Source: Candidatus Omnitrophota bacterium (GTDB taxonomy: Bacteria; Omnitrophota; Gorgyraeia; Gygaellales; UBA12090). From it: a stretch of DNA of 64,000 nucleotides. The notes under the pieces are model-generated. The model was not told the origin of the DNA. It searched no databases and saw nothing but the letters and a program-made list of their open reading frames with translations. The position numbers were made by a program, and so were the translations under genes. The number at the start of each line of letters is the position of its first letter. The stretch's first letter is position 1. Below, piece by piece: positions 47,408 to 55,373 of this stretch. The stretch covers positions 3,481 to 67,480 of the forward strand of contig JAUSCZ010000041.1 of NCBI GenBank assembly GCA_030674475.1, written 5' to 3'.

Positions 47408-48274
47408 ATGAACATAAAACTTATTAAAGAGATGTTTAATACTTCTAAACTGCCGATAATAGATTTCGGCTTGGAAGATGTTTCTCAAAAAGCGCAGAAA
47501 TCGGCGGGGAAGTTATCCATTTCCGGGGTTCAGCCGAAATTATCCATGAAGCTTGATAAGAAAAATAATGCGTTAATTTCTGTTGCTGAAGGCGGAGAAT
47601 ATATTTTAAAACCCCAAACCGTGGCTTTCCCGAATATTCCTGAGAATGAACAGTGTTGTATGGACATAGCGGCGGAGTTTAAGATAGCTGTTCCTCCTCA
47701 TTGTCTCTTGCCTTTAAAAGATAAAAGCTGGGCGTATATTGTGAAAAGATTTGACAGGGAATCAGGCGTGAAAATCCATCAGGAAGAATTCTTTCAAATA
47801 TTAGAATCAGGAAATAAATACCAAGGTTCCGTTGAACAAATTGGGCGTAAATTAAAAGAAATATCTACCGCGCCCGGATATGACGTGCAATTATTTTTTG
47901 AGAGGGTTGTCTTTAATTTTATTATTGGAAACGGAGACGCCCATTTAAAGAACTATTCAATCGCGTATAAGGATAAAGAAACTATCCGCTTAACGCCGGC
48001 CTATGATATGGTATGTTCAAAATTGGTGATTCCGGATGAAGAAGATTCCGCCTTATCTATCAACGCCAAAAAGAATGAACTGAAAAGAGATGATTTTGAT
48101 AAGTTGGCGGAGTATTTAAATATACCGATAAGAATTCGCTATGAAAAATTCGAAAAGAGCTTGATTTTAATGGAAACAATAATTAAAAATTCAAAAATTA
48201 AGCAAGAGATTCAGGAGCGATTTATTAACATCATTAAAGAGCGCTTATCACGTATGAACATAGCGGCAGAATAA
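47408..48274 (+). CDS. HipT/HipA-like serine/threonine kinase toxin (kinase core)
   Basis: 288 aa with the ISGVQPKLSM P-loop-like motif and the catalytic GNGDAHLKN (D-x-H-x-K-N) motif of HipA-family kinases. Confidence 0.7.
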   Translation: MNIKLIKEMFNTSKLPIIDFGLEDVSQKAQKSAGKLSISGVQPKLSMKLDKKNNALISVAEGGEYILKPQTVAFPNIPENEQCCMDIAAEFKIAVPPHCLLPLKDKSWAYIVKRFDRESGVKIHQEEFFQILESGNKYQGSVEQIGRKLKEISTAPGYDVQLFFERVVFNFIIGNGDAHLKNYSIAYKDKETIRLTPAYDMVCSKLVIPDEEDSALSINAKKNELKRDDFDKLAEYLNIPIRIRYEKFEKSLILMETIIKNSKIKQEIQERFINIIKERLSRMNIAAE

Positions 48275-48283
48275 AGAAAAGTT

Positions 48284-48472
48284 TAAAAAGCTTTAAGGGC
48301 CACCCGGACATTAGATACCATCTAATCTTTTCCTTAAAAATTAGAGACAATACTTAATTATTGATTTTATTATTCGATCCCAAATTTTTTCTTCAAAAAT
48401 ATCCCTTATTTGCTTTCCCCTGCCTGGAAAGTAACCATCAAGTTTCAAGACTTAACCTTTTTCTTTTCTCCG
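48284..48472. repeat. Island modular repeat, copy C (full-length ~170-190-bp unit)
   Basis: ctttaagggccacccggacattagataccatctaatcttttccttaaaaattagagacaatacttaattattgattttattattcgatcccaaatttttt...gcctggaaagtaaccatcaagtttcaagacttaacc. The ORF-track entry 48361..48591 is spurious. Confidence 0.8.
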
Positions 48473-48833
48473 GCATAGATGCTTTTAGCATCTCAAACAG
48501 CCTGTCTTTGATATTCAGCGATTCCCGCTCCGCTTTTTGGATATTCTTATTTTTTACCATTTCCCGGTCTTTCTTTCAACAATTTCTCTAGGTGATAACT
48601 TTGCATCTTGTTAGGCTTCGATTTACTGTTGAACCACCTATTAACTGTAACGCGGAAAATCTGCGATAGGTTTCTTACTTTCTAAGATATTTATGATCAA
48701 AATAAAAAGGATAAATTTTATCCCTTAACAAGATGGTTCCAATTGCTATGAGAGCTATACCACAATATGTTAAGAATGTTCCCATGTCTTCCTTTTCTCC
48801 GTTTCGAACTCTCCGCGCGTGTTCTCTTTACGC

Positions 48834-49475
48834 CTAAGAAGTTAAGAATCGATTTAATTCATTTACTAAAAAATGCACAGTCGTAGAAGGTCTCCTTAAG
48901 CTAGCTGTATGAATAGGCAGATATTGTGACATTAGTTTTTCAGCGTTTCTTATGCCATCATTCTGTTTGCTTAGAATAAGATCATACATTTCTATGCTAT
49001 TCTTTGTATAGGGCTTCCCTAATAACTCACTTAGTCTTTTGATGTATTCGGGACGATTCCTAGCATTTTGCGTATAATGGAAATGAAGCAAATACCATAA
49101 TTCAAAACACTCATTTGAGTAAGCAATATTGATTTTGTGTTTTCTTGCTAGTGAAATAGCCTTTTCAAAATTTTTATCCGGGTTGTCGTCTTTATCAAAC
49201 ACACACCAAATTTGGTCAAATTTTATACCATATCTTGCAGCCGCTTCTTTATGCTTTATTGTTTTTTCTACAAGAGACACTGTGTTATCGCCTATCCCAA
49301 ATATTTCATCTTCTACCTGAGAGGAAGTTAAACGAAAACTTCGAAAATAATTTGGTTCAGTTTTTTCGCCCTCACAGATAATTAGAAACGTTTCTCGCAC
49401 AGGTTTGACAGCGACCCTTCGCTTAAGAATTCCCGACTGTTTTCTTTTCCAAAACGCGCTATCCGGCTCTTTCAT
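48834..49475 (-). CDS. RloB-like protein (AbiLii-like; Toprim-like)
   Basis: 213 aa with the N-terminal FLIICEGEKTEPNYF signature of the RloB family. It overlaps the upstream ATPase gene by 4 nt. Confidence 0.65.
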   Translation of the reverse strand: MKEPDSAFWKRKQSGILKRRVAVKPVRETFLIICEGEKTEPNYFRSFRLTSSQVEDEIFGIGDNTVSLVEKTIKHKEAAARYGIKFDQIWCVFDKDDNPDKNFEKAISLARKHKINIAYSNECFELWYLLHFHYTQNARNRPEYIKRLSELLGKPYTKNSIEMYDLILSKQNDGIRNAEKLMSQYLPIHTASLRRPSTTVHFLVNELNRFLTS

Positions 49476-50722
49476 CTTTTAAATAAAGAATTGGTTCCTT
49501 TTACAACTGGGATCGCTCCGTATTTTCCTGCTATATAATCTTTCTCAAAAGATGCGTCATTCCTAACCTTGTATTCTACTAAAGAGTATAAATCTGTGGC
49601 TCCGTATTTATTTTTTTCGGTAAGCCATATTTGATCTCTCCTAAAAATGGCCCGGTTAAATAAATTGGTGTTATGCGAAACAAAAACTAGTTGAGCATTA
49701 TTAGGGTTATTCTCCCTGGAATTAAATAACTCTATTAAGAATTTAATTAAAATAGGATGCAATTTGGCATCCAGTTCATCTATTACTAACACATTGCCTT
49801 TTTTTAGCGTATCTAATATTGGAGCTGAGATAGCAAAGAATTTTTTTGTGCCAGCCGATTCTTCGAAATCAAAATCAAATTTTTCTAACTGAAAGGTTTT
49901 ATTATCAATATCGTACTTCTTATGAAAAGCATTAATTTTAAAGTCTACAAGCTCATCATCGGGTTTAATTTTGGTTTTTATTCCATCGGGCAGATCCTCA
50001 ATCCTTATTTTTGTTTCCTCAATACCAACATCCTCTATGCCTAAATCCGCAAATTTCGTAAATTTCATAATTTCATTTTTGAATTCAGTATCTTGAAGTT
50101 TTCTTAATGTAAATTCTAAATAACTAGTATCTGTTAAGGCGGTAAGGACCTTAAATTTTTTAAACCACTGGAATATTTTTCCGGCTATCGGACCATTAAA
50201 TTGAGCAACAACGGATAGAAAAAGTGCATTATCCCTGGTTTTATCTTTAAGCCCCTTGCCTTCCTTGAAATGGCCCCCAATAGTAAAATTATCAGGCTCT
50301 CTTATAAATAATCTTGTTTCTTTTCTTATTGGAACATAGAAAAGCCACTCTCTATGTATTTTTTCTTTATCGGCCTGAAAGCCATATCGGTATCTAATTC
50401 TTTCATGCATAAAAATAATTTCAAAGGTGCTGGGTTGATTTTCTGTTTCAGTACTAAGCTTAAATCTAGTAACTTTTATTTTGTCGGTAACATCTTTTGT
50501 CGAAAACAGAACAAAGGATTTTACAAAACGCATTGCTTGGATTAAATTAGACTTTCCGCTAGCATTTGCGCCATAAATAACAGCGTTCTTCAACAGCCTT
50601 AATTTATCTTTGGCAATAAATGTATTCGTTTCTTCATGCTCTTTCCTTGCTGTTGCCATCAGACTTATGGTGGCTATGTCTTTAAATGATTTAAAGTTGC
50701 CTACGCTAAATTGTATTAGCAT
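49472..50722 (-). CDS. AAA_21/OLD-like ATPase (AbiLi-like)
   Basis: 416 aa. Walker A GANASGKSN at the N-terminus, with a distant Walker B/D-loop (VLVIDELDAKLHP), typical of ABC/OLD-type AAA_21 ATPases paired with RloB. Confidence 0.65.
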   Translation of the reverse strand: MLIQFSVGNFKSFKDIATISLMATARKEHEETNTFIAKDKLRLLKNAVIYGANASGKSNLIQAMRFVKSFVLFSTKDVTDKIKVTRFKLSTETENQPSTFEIIFMHERIRYRYGFQADKEKIHREWLFYVPIRKETRLFIREPDNFTIGGHFKEGKGLKDKTRDNALFLSVVAQFNGPIAGKIFQWFKKFKVLTALTDTSYLEFTLRKLQDTEFKNEIMKFTKFADLGIEDVGIEETKIRIEDLPDGIKTKIKPDDELVDFKINAFHKKYDIDNKTFQLEKFDFDFEESAGTKKFFAISAPILDTLKKGNVLVIDELDAKLHPILIKFLIELFNSRENNPNNAQLVFVSHNTNLFNRAIFRRDQIWLTEKNKYGATDLYSLVEYKVRNDASFEKDYIAGKYGAIPVVKGTNSLFKR

Positions 50723-51020
50723 GATTCGCTCCTTTTCCAGTATTACGTGTCATTAATTATATAATAGATGGCTAATTTCACCTAAAATTGCAAAAAATGA
50801 GTTTATAGTCTACTTTTTTAAGTATATAACAAATATACATCAAAAATTTAAAATGTCAACATTTTTTGTGAAATATTCTCAAAAAATAAGTTTATTTATA
50901 TATGCGCGGCTAGATAGCCGTCCTAATTTCTATGTGAATTCAAGAGGTAGGAGGTTTCAGGGTTATTCCGCGAGAGGCTCGGCATGCCACACCACCGAGT
51001 TTTGCAACAGTCCCAAGATG

Positions 51021-51092
51021 CACGCCGGCTGAATCCGGAGAAAGGCTTATTTTTTCCTTAATATCCATTGAATGACCTTTTTGATTTCGGCT
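51021..51092. repeat. Right junction repeat of the inserted island; contains the genuine murJ 3' end plus a degenerate uvrC-start pseudo-ORF
   Basis: Partner of 43806..43886. In this copy the uvrC-like frame reads MDIKEKISLSPDSAGVHLGTV... and diverges after 16 aa. Confidence 0.75.
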
Positions 51093-52588
51093 AAATCCAG
51101 GATAAGCGCGCCTAAGATAAAAATTAGCAGGCCGGAGAGCGCCGCGGCGCTTACTCTCACTAAAGGCGGGGCGCTAATTAGACACCGGCCATAAACATAA
51201 AAACTGGCCCCGGAGGCTATCAAAGAAAAAAAGAGAATCTTGGCGAAAACCTGGCTTAAATACCGGCCGTTAAGCGGGCCGATCTTTTTTCTTAAAGAAT
51301 GAAAAAGGATAAAAAAATTAATGCCTCCGGATAAGCTGGTAGCTAAAGCCAAGCCCTTTAATTTTAAAGGATACATCAGGATAAGATTAAAAACGATATT
51401 GACTAAAAGCGAGGCCGCGGTTATCTTAAGCGGGGTTTTGGTATCCTTAAGAGAAAAGAATCCCGAAACCAGCACCTTGTTGGCGGCATAAAAACTCAAG
51501 GATAAGGCGTAAAACAAAAGCGCTCCGGAGGTAATCTCGGTGGAATAGGCGTCAAATCTCCCCCCTTCAAACAAGGCCGCGACTATCGGCTTAGCCAAAA
51601 CGGCTATTAGGGCGGAAACCGGAAGCATAATCAAAAAAACAGCAATTAAGGAAAAATTCAGGGTCTTCTTAAAATTATCCAGATTATCCTCCAGCGCCTG
51701 ATGAGATAAAGACGGTAAGGCCGCCTGGGCAATGGCTATCCCGAATATGCCTAAGGGAAATTGAAAAATCCGGTTGGCAAAATATAAGGCGGAAATCGCT
51801 CCCTGGCCTACGATATGAGCCAGAGAACCGAGTATCGTATCCACAAAGAGATTAAGCTGATAAATACAAGAACTGAATATCCGGGGGAGAATCAGTTTTC
51901 CGATTTGCCTGATCCCGGGATGCCGCAACTCCAGTGCCGGACGGTAGCGGAAGCCTTTTTTATAAAGCATCGGTATCTGCACCGCTAACTGTCCTACCCC
52001 CCCGGCCAAGACTCCCAAAGCCAGGCCTAGTGTTCCCTCTCCGTAAGCAACAGCAAAAACGATTATAGAAATATTCAAAAGGCAGGGGGCCAAGGCTGAG
52101 ATAGTGAAAGACTTAAGAGAATTCAACACCCCCATACAATAGGCGCTCAAGGCAATCAATAGTAAATAAGGATAGATAATTCTGGTCAGCCGGACTGTTT
52201 CCTGGAACTTTAACGCGTCAGAGCTAAAACCGGGGGCAATCAGGCGCACAATCCAGGGAGAAAACACTACCCCCAGGATAGTAAGCGCCGCCAGGATGAC
52301 CAGGAGGATATTCAATAAGCAATTAGCCAAATGCCAGAATTCCTCTTTTGATTTTTTGGCCGCGTATTCGCTGAATACCGGGACAAAGGCCGCGTTCACC
52401 GCTCCCTCGGCCACCATATCCCGCAAGAGATTAGGAATCCTGAAGGCCACCACAAAGGCCTGAGAATACATACCCGTGCCGAAGAACCGGGCAATCACCA
52501 CATCCCGGATAAAACCGAGTATCCGCGAGCACAAAGTAAAAAAACCGATTAAGGAAGCCGATCGGGCAATTTCTTTATTGGTTGACAT
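51047..52588 (-). CDS. murJ: Lipid II flippase MurJ
   Basis: 513 aa with 14 predicted TM helices, the N-terminal MurJ pattern (FFTLCSRILGFIRDVVIARFFG) and MOP-superfamily features. Confidence 0.85.
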   Translation of the reverse strand: MSTNKEIARSASLIGFFTLCSRILGFIRDVVIARFFGTGMYSQAFVVAFRIPNLLRDMVAEGAVNAAFVPVFSEYAAKKSKEEFWHLANCLLNILLVILAALTILGVVFSPWIVRLIAPGFSSDALKFQETVRLTRIIYPYLLLIALSAYCMGVLNSLKSFTISALAPCLLNISIIVFAVAYGEGTLGLALGVLAGGVGQLAVQIPMLYKKGFRYRPALELRHPGIRQIGKLILPRIFSSCIYQLNLFVDTILGSLAHIVGQGAISALYFANRIFQFPLGIFGIAIAQAALPSLSHQALEDNLDNFKKTLNFSLIAVFLIMLPVSALIAVLAKPIVAALFEGGRFDAYSTEITSGALLFYALSLSFYAANKVLVSGFFSLKDTKTPLKITAASLLVNIVFNLILMYPLKLKGLALATSLSGGINFFILFHSLRKKIGPLNGRYLSQVFAKILFFSLIASGASFYVYGRCLISAPPLVRVSAAALSGLLIFILGALILDLAEIKKVIQWILRKK

Positions 52589-52632
52589 TTTAGGTTAAAT
52601 ATGCTATAAAAATAACCAATATGTAATTATAA

Positions 52633-52700
52633 AGGTTAAGACCAAGGTCAAGGTTAAACTTGTCTCAACCTTGACCTCAACCTCAACCTTTTCATTTAAC
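52633..52700. repeat. Imperfect inverted repeat built from ggtt/aacc hexamers in the murJ-rpsT divergent promoter region
   Basis: aggttaagaccaaggtcaaggttaaac...tctcaaccttgacctcaacctcaacct. Confidence 0.5.
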
Positions 52701-52726
52701 AATTTACTGTAACACAGGAGGAATAA

Positions 52727-53011
52727 ATGGCTCCACGTAGACGCCAATCGCTAAAAGCGCAGCGCAAGGACAAAAAAAGACACACCCGCAATCACCAGGT
52801 AAAAACAGCACTCAAGAAAACCCTCAAGAAATTAGAAGTTTCTTTCACCGAGAAAAAAACAGCAGAGGCCGCGCAAACGCTTAAAGAGGCAATTTCTAAG
52901 CTGGCTAAGGCCGCCAAAAAAGGCGTCCTGCACAAAAACACCGCCCAGCGCAAAATCTCCCGTCTAAGCAGAAGATTAGTTAAAATAGTTAAATTAGGCC
53001 AGGCCGCATAA
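52727..53011 (+). CDS. rpsT: 30S ribosomal protein S20
   Basis: 94 aa, basic, with the KKGVLHKNTAQRKISRLSRRL C-terminal motif typical of S20. RBS aggagg lies upstream. Confidence 0.85.
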   Translation: MAPRRRQSLKAQRKDKKRHTRNHQVKTALKKTLKKLEVSFTEKKTAEAAQTLKEAISKLAKAAKKGVLHKNTAQRKISRLSRRLVKIVKLGQAA

Positions 53012-53689
53012 TTTCACTACCAGGACCTCTAAGGCAAACTCGGGTTTAACTTTGCCGGTTTTTAGGTTAAGGTCGGCTTCCATCAAGAGGCCGACCTTTT
53101 CTTTTTTCTCTTTTAACTTTAAGCTGTCTGTGGCGGATGAGAAAGAATCGCTTTTAACAAACCGATAACGCAAAGCTCCCAAAATCATCTCCGGCTTTTC
53201 TCCGTTTCTAAACAAATCTACCAGTAGATTTAAAGCAAAGGATGCGTCTTTTCTCTCAATAGCCCTGGCTAAACCAAAGGCGTCAATCTTATCTTTAGCC
53301 TTAAAAGGAATGACTTTGCCGTATCTGGAGATTTTATTAAAAAACGCGCTTTCCGCTTTAGGGATAAGGGCGGCCTCTAAAATCAGGATTAAGTCTTCAG
53401 GCAGTTTTTCTATTTGAGCCGCGAAATAATCCTTGAGCTCGTCTTTAAGTTTAAAGACATCTTTAATTACCATTATTCTTTGGGGGGATTCCAGGGGTAG
53501 GCGGCTGAGGGCTTCTTTAAACAGGGGGAGGGTTAGTTCTTTAGCGTAAAAGGATTCACAATTAAAATCCTCAAAGCCTTTTTTAAGTAACTCACTTTTT
53601 AAAGAATTTATTTTTTCCTGCTTGGCGGGTTCATCTTCTCCGATAAAAAAATAAAGCATCTTAACGTAGGCAAAATTACCAATTCTCAA
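52994..53689 (-). CDS. holA: DNA polymerase III delta subunit-like protein (short HolA)
   Basis: 231 aa. N-terminal YFFIGEDE and the overall helical pattern resemble HolA. The conserved lptE-holA adjacency supports the call. It is shorter than typical HolA. Confidence 0.5.
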   Translation of the reverse strand: MRIGNFAYVKMLYFFIGEDEPAKQEKINSLKSELLKKGFEDFNCESFYAKELTLPLFKEALSRLPLESPQRIMVIKDVFKLKDELKDYFAAQIEKLPEDLILILEAALIPKAESAFFNKISRYGKVIPFKAKDKIDAFGLARAIERKDASFALNLLVDLFRNGEKPEMILGALRYRFVKSDSFSSATDSLKLKEKKEKVGLLMEADLNLKTGKVKPEFALEVLVVKLCGLA

Positions 53690-54233
53690 CTAAGCGCTCC
53701 AGCACCCGCCGGGCCAAATCGGCTATGGCCAGGTCAAGAGCGGCCTTCTCGGTCTTAGCCTGGGTGCCGGTGATAAAATAAGTCGCGTCTCCCACAAAAT
53801 TAGGTTCCTCCCAGAGAGGGGTTTCCTCCCCCTTTTTTAAGAGGACCAGGCGCATTATCAGGCTAACGCGGTATTCGGCAACATCCTCCTGGTTATTCTC
53901 ATAACGCAGGGCATCCCGCTGGTAGTTAATCAAATCGCCCTTGAGAACTATATCCGCGTCTTCTTTCTTGGCCACGCGCATTCCTCCATCAAACATGAAA
54001 CGGTTGATAACCGCGGCGCGGATGTCATTTTCTAACAGCGGATGATAGGTCCGGAATCTCTGCCCCAGTCCGGTGGCATCCTCGGAAAGCAGATCAACCT
54101 TATTAGCAAATGGCTCAACAAAGATAGTTTTATACGGTCCCCGGTAAATCGTGCGGCTGGTATAGCCGCAGCCGAACAAAGCAGAAAGCAGAAAGCAGAA
54201 AGCAGAAAGCGAAAAAAGATTGCGTTTTTTCAT
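53676..54233 (-). CDS. lptE: LPS-assembly lipoprotein LptE-like
   Basis: 185 aa with lipobox LFGC. Its size and position upstream of holA match the leuS-lptE-holA arrangement of E. coli. Confidence 0.55.
   Translation of the reverse strand: MKKRNLFSLSAFCFLLSALFGCGYTSRTIYRGPYKTIFVEPFANKVDLLSEDATGLGQRFRTYHPLLENDIRAAVINRFMFDGGMRVAKKEDADIVLKGDLINYQRDALRYENNQEDVAEYRVSLIMRLVLLKKGEETPLWEEPNFVGDATYFITGTQAKTEKAALDLAIADLARRVLERLVENW
54181..54208. repeat. Tandem heptamer (gcagaaa)x4 encoding the LptE signal-peptide hydrophobic core (FSLSAFCFLLSA)
   Basis: gcagaaagcagaaagcagaaagcagaaagc. Reads in-frame on the minus strand. Confidence 0.85.
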
Positions 54234-55219
54234 TGTGTCTCCAATTCTTTAAGCGCCTCTCTGGCCGGGGTGGCGCTGGCGCAATAAGGGCATTTTTCTA
54301 TTATTTCCTGATAATAAACCTTGGCCGCCGCGTATTTTTTCTGCTTCTTGTAAAAATCAGCTATTTTTAAATTGCCCGCGGCCTCTTTTTCCTTTAAGCT
54401 GTCAATCTGTTTACCCGCGTCTTTGGCCAGATTCTCCTGGGGGCGCGATTTAACAAACTCTTCAAATTCTTCCCTGGCCTTCTTGGTAAGCTCCTGGTCA
54501 TAGTCTGCCTTGGGAGCTATCCTGGTGGCGCAATCAGCCGACTGAAATCTTGCCTGGGAGGCCCATTGGCTTTCCGGATAGGTAGTCCCCACCTTATCAA
54601 ATTCCTCCCGGGCCTCCTGGAAGCGGCTGGAATCCTTTAAGGTCATTCCCAGAAGATACTGGGCATAGGCGGCTTGCTTTCCATACGCTGAATTGTCTAC
54701 CACTTTGCGAAATATCTCAATGGCCGGATTTTCTACCGGAAGCTCCACTCCCATGGCCTTTCTTTTTTCACCCGACATAAAAACCTGGGCTATTTTTAAT
54801 TCCTTCTCAATTATCTGATCCATCCGGCCGGAAAACGGATATTTATCAATCACCTTCTGATAAGCCAGATAGGCCTCGTAGAGCTTCTTGTTGTCAGCCT
54901 CAAGGCTCAAGCCGATATAAAACTGGGCGTCAGGCGCCTCAAAGGCCTTAGGGTAATACTTAATCAGCTTGCGGCATTCCTCAATCGTCTCTTTGTATTT
55001 GGCCTGCTGGTAGAGTTCCTGGATGAATTTCAACTGCTCTTTGGGATTAGGTTTGACGCTGGCCTTGGGGTTCGCCCAGCGGCTGGATTCGGGGGTCCAG
55101 ATCCAAAAAGGATAAGCGGATTGAATACTGCAGGATAAAAAAAGAGTGAAAACCGCTAATATCAAGCCAATTCTTCTCATAGCGATTTTTACTCTATCAT
55201 AGAAAAGAGATTTTGTCAA
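54230..55219 (-). CDS. bamD: Outer-membrane protein assembly factor BamD-like TPR lipoprotein
   Basis: 329 aa with lipobox LFLSCS, TPR-like repeats and a YfiO-like organisation. Confidence 0.6.
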   Translation of the reverse strand: MTKSLFYDRVKIAMRRIGLILAVFTLFLSCSIQSAYPFWIWTPESSRWANPKASVKPNPKEQLKFIQELYQQAKYKETIEECRKLIKYYPKAFEAPDAQFYIGLSLEADNKKLYEAYLAYQKVIDKYPFSGRMDQIIEKELKIAQVFMSGEKRKAMGVELPVENPAIEIFRKVVDNSAYGKQAAYAQYLLGMTLKDSSRFQEAREEFDKVGTTYPESQWASQARFQSADCATRIAPKADYDQELTKKAREEFEEFVKSRPQENLAKDAGKQIDSLKEKEAAGNLKIADFYKKQKKYAAAKVYYQEIIEKCPYCASATPAREALKELETQ

Positions 55220-55275
55220 ACCAAAGAGAAGCGCTATTGTAATGCGTCAGCGAAAGGGGGCAATTTATAAAATGT

Positions 55276-55340
55276 GTCATTGCGAGGCGCGAAGCGAAGC
55301 AATCCCGTCGGAAAGATTGCTTCGCTTCGCTCGCAATGAC
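55276..55340. repeat. 65-bp near-perfect palindrome (26-bp stem) with gtcatt...aatgac termini
   Basis: gtcattgcgaggcgcgaagcgaagcaatc-ccgtcggaaa-gattgcttcgcttcgctcgcaatgac. The left flank tgtgtcatt is shared with P2 copy X. The overlapping ORF-track entry 55242..55424 is spurious. Confidence 0.75.
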
Positions 55341-55373
55341 GCCAGCCGCCCCCGTTTAGTGACCGATTACGCG

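Noticed and set aside
48675-48785. Possible 36-aa hydrophobic minus-strand ORF (MGTFLTYCGIALIAIGTILLRDKIYPFYFDHKYLRK) between RloB and island repeat C
   Set aside because: It could be a small membrane toxin-like peptide. There is no RBS and no conservation evidence, and it is too short to support.
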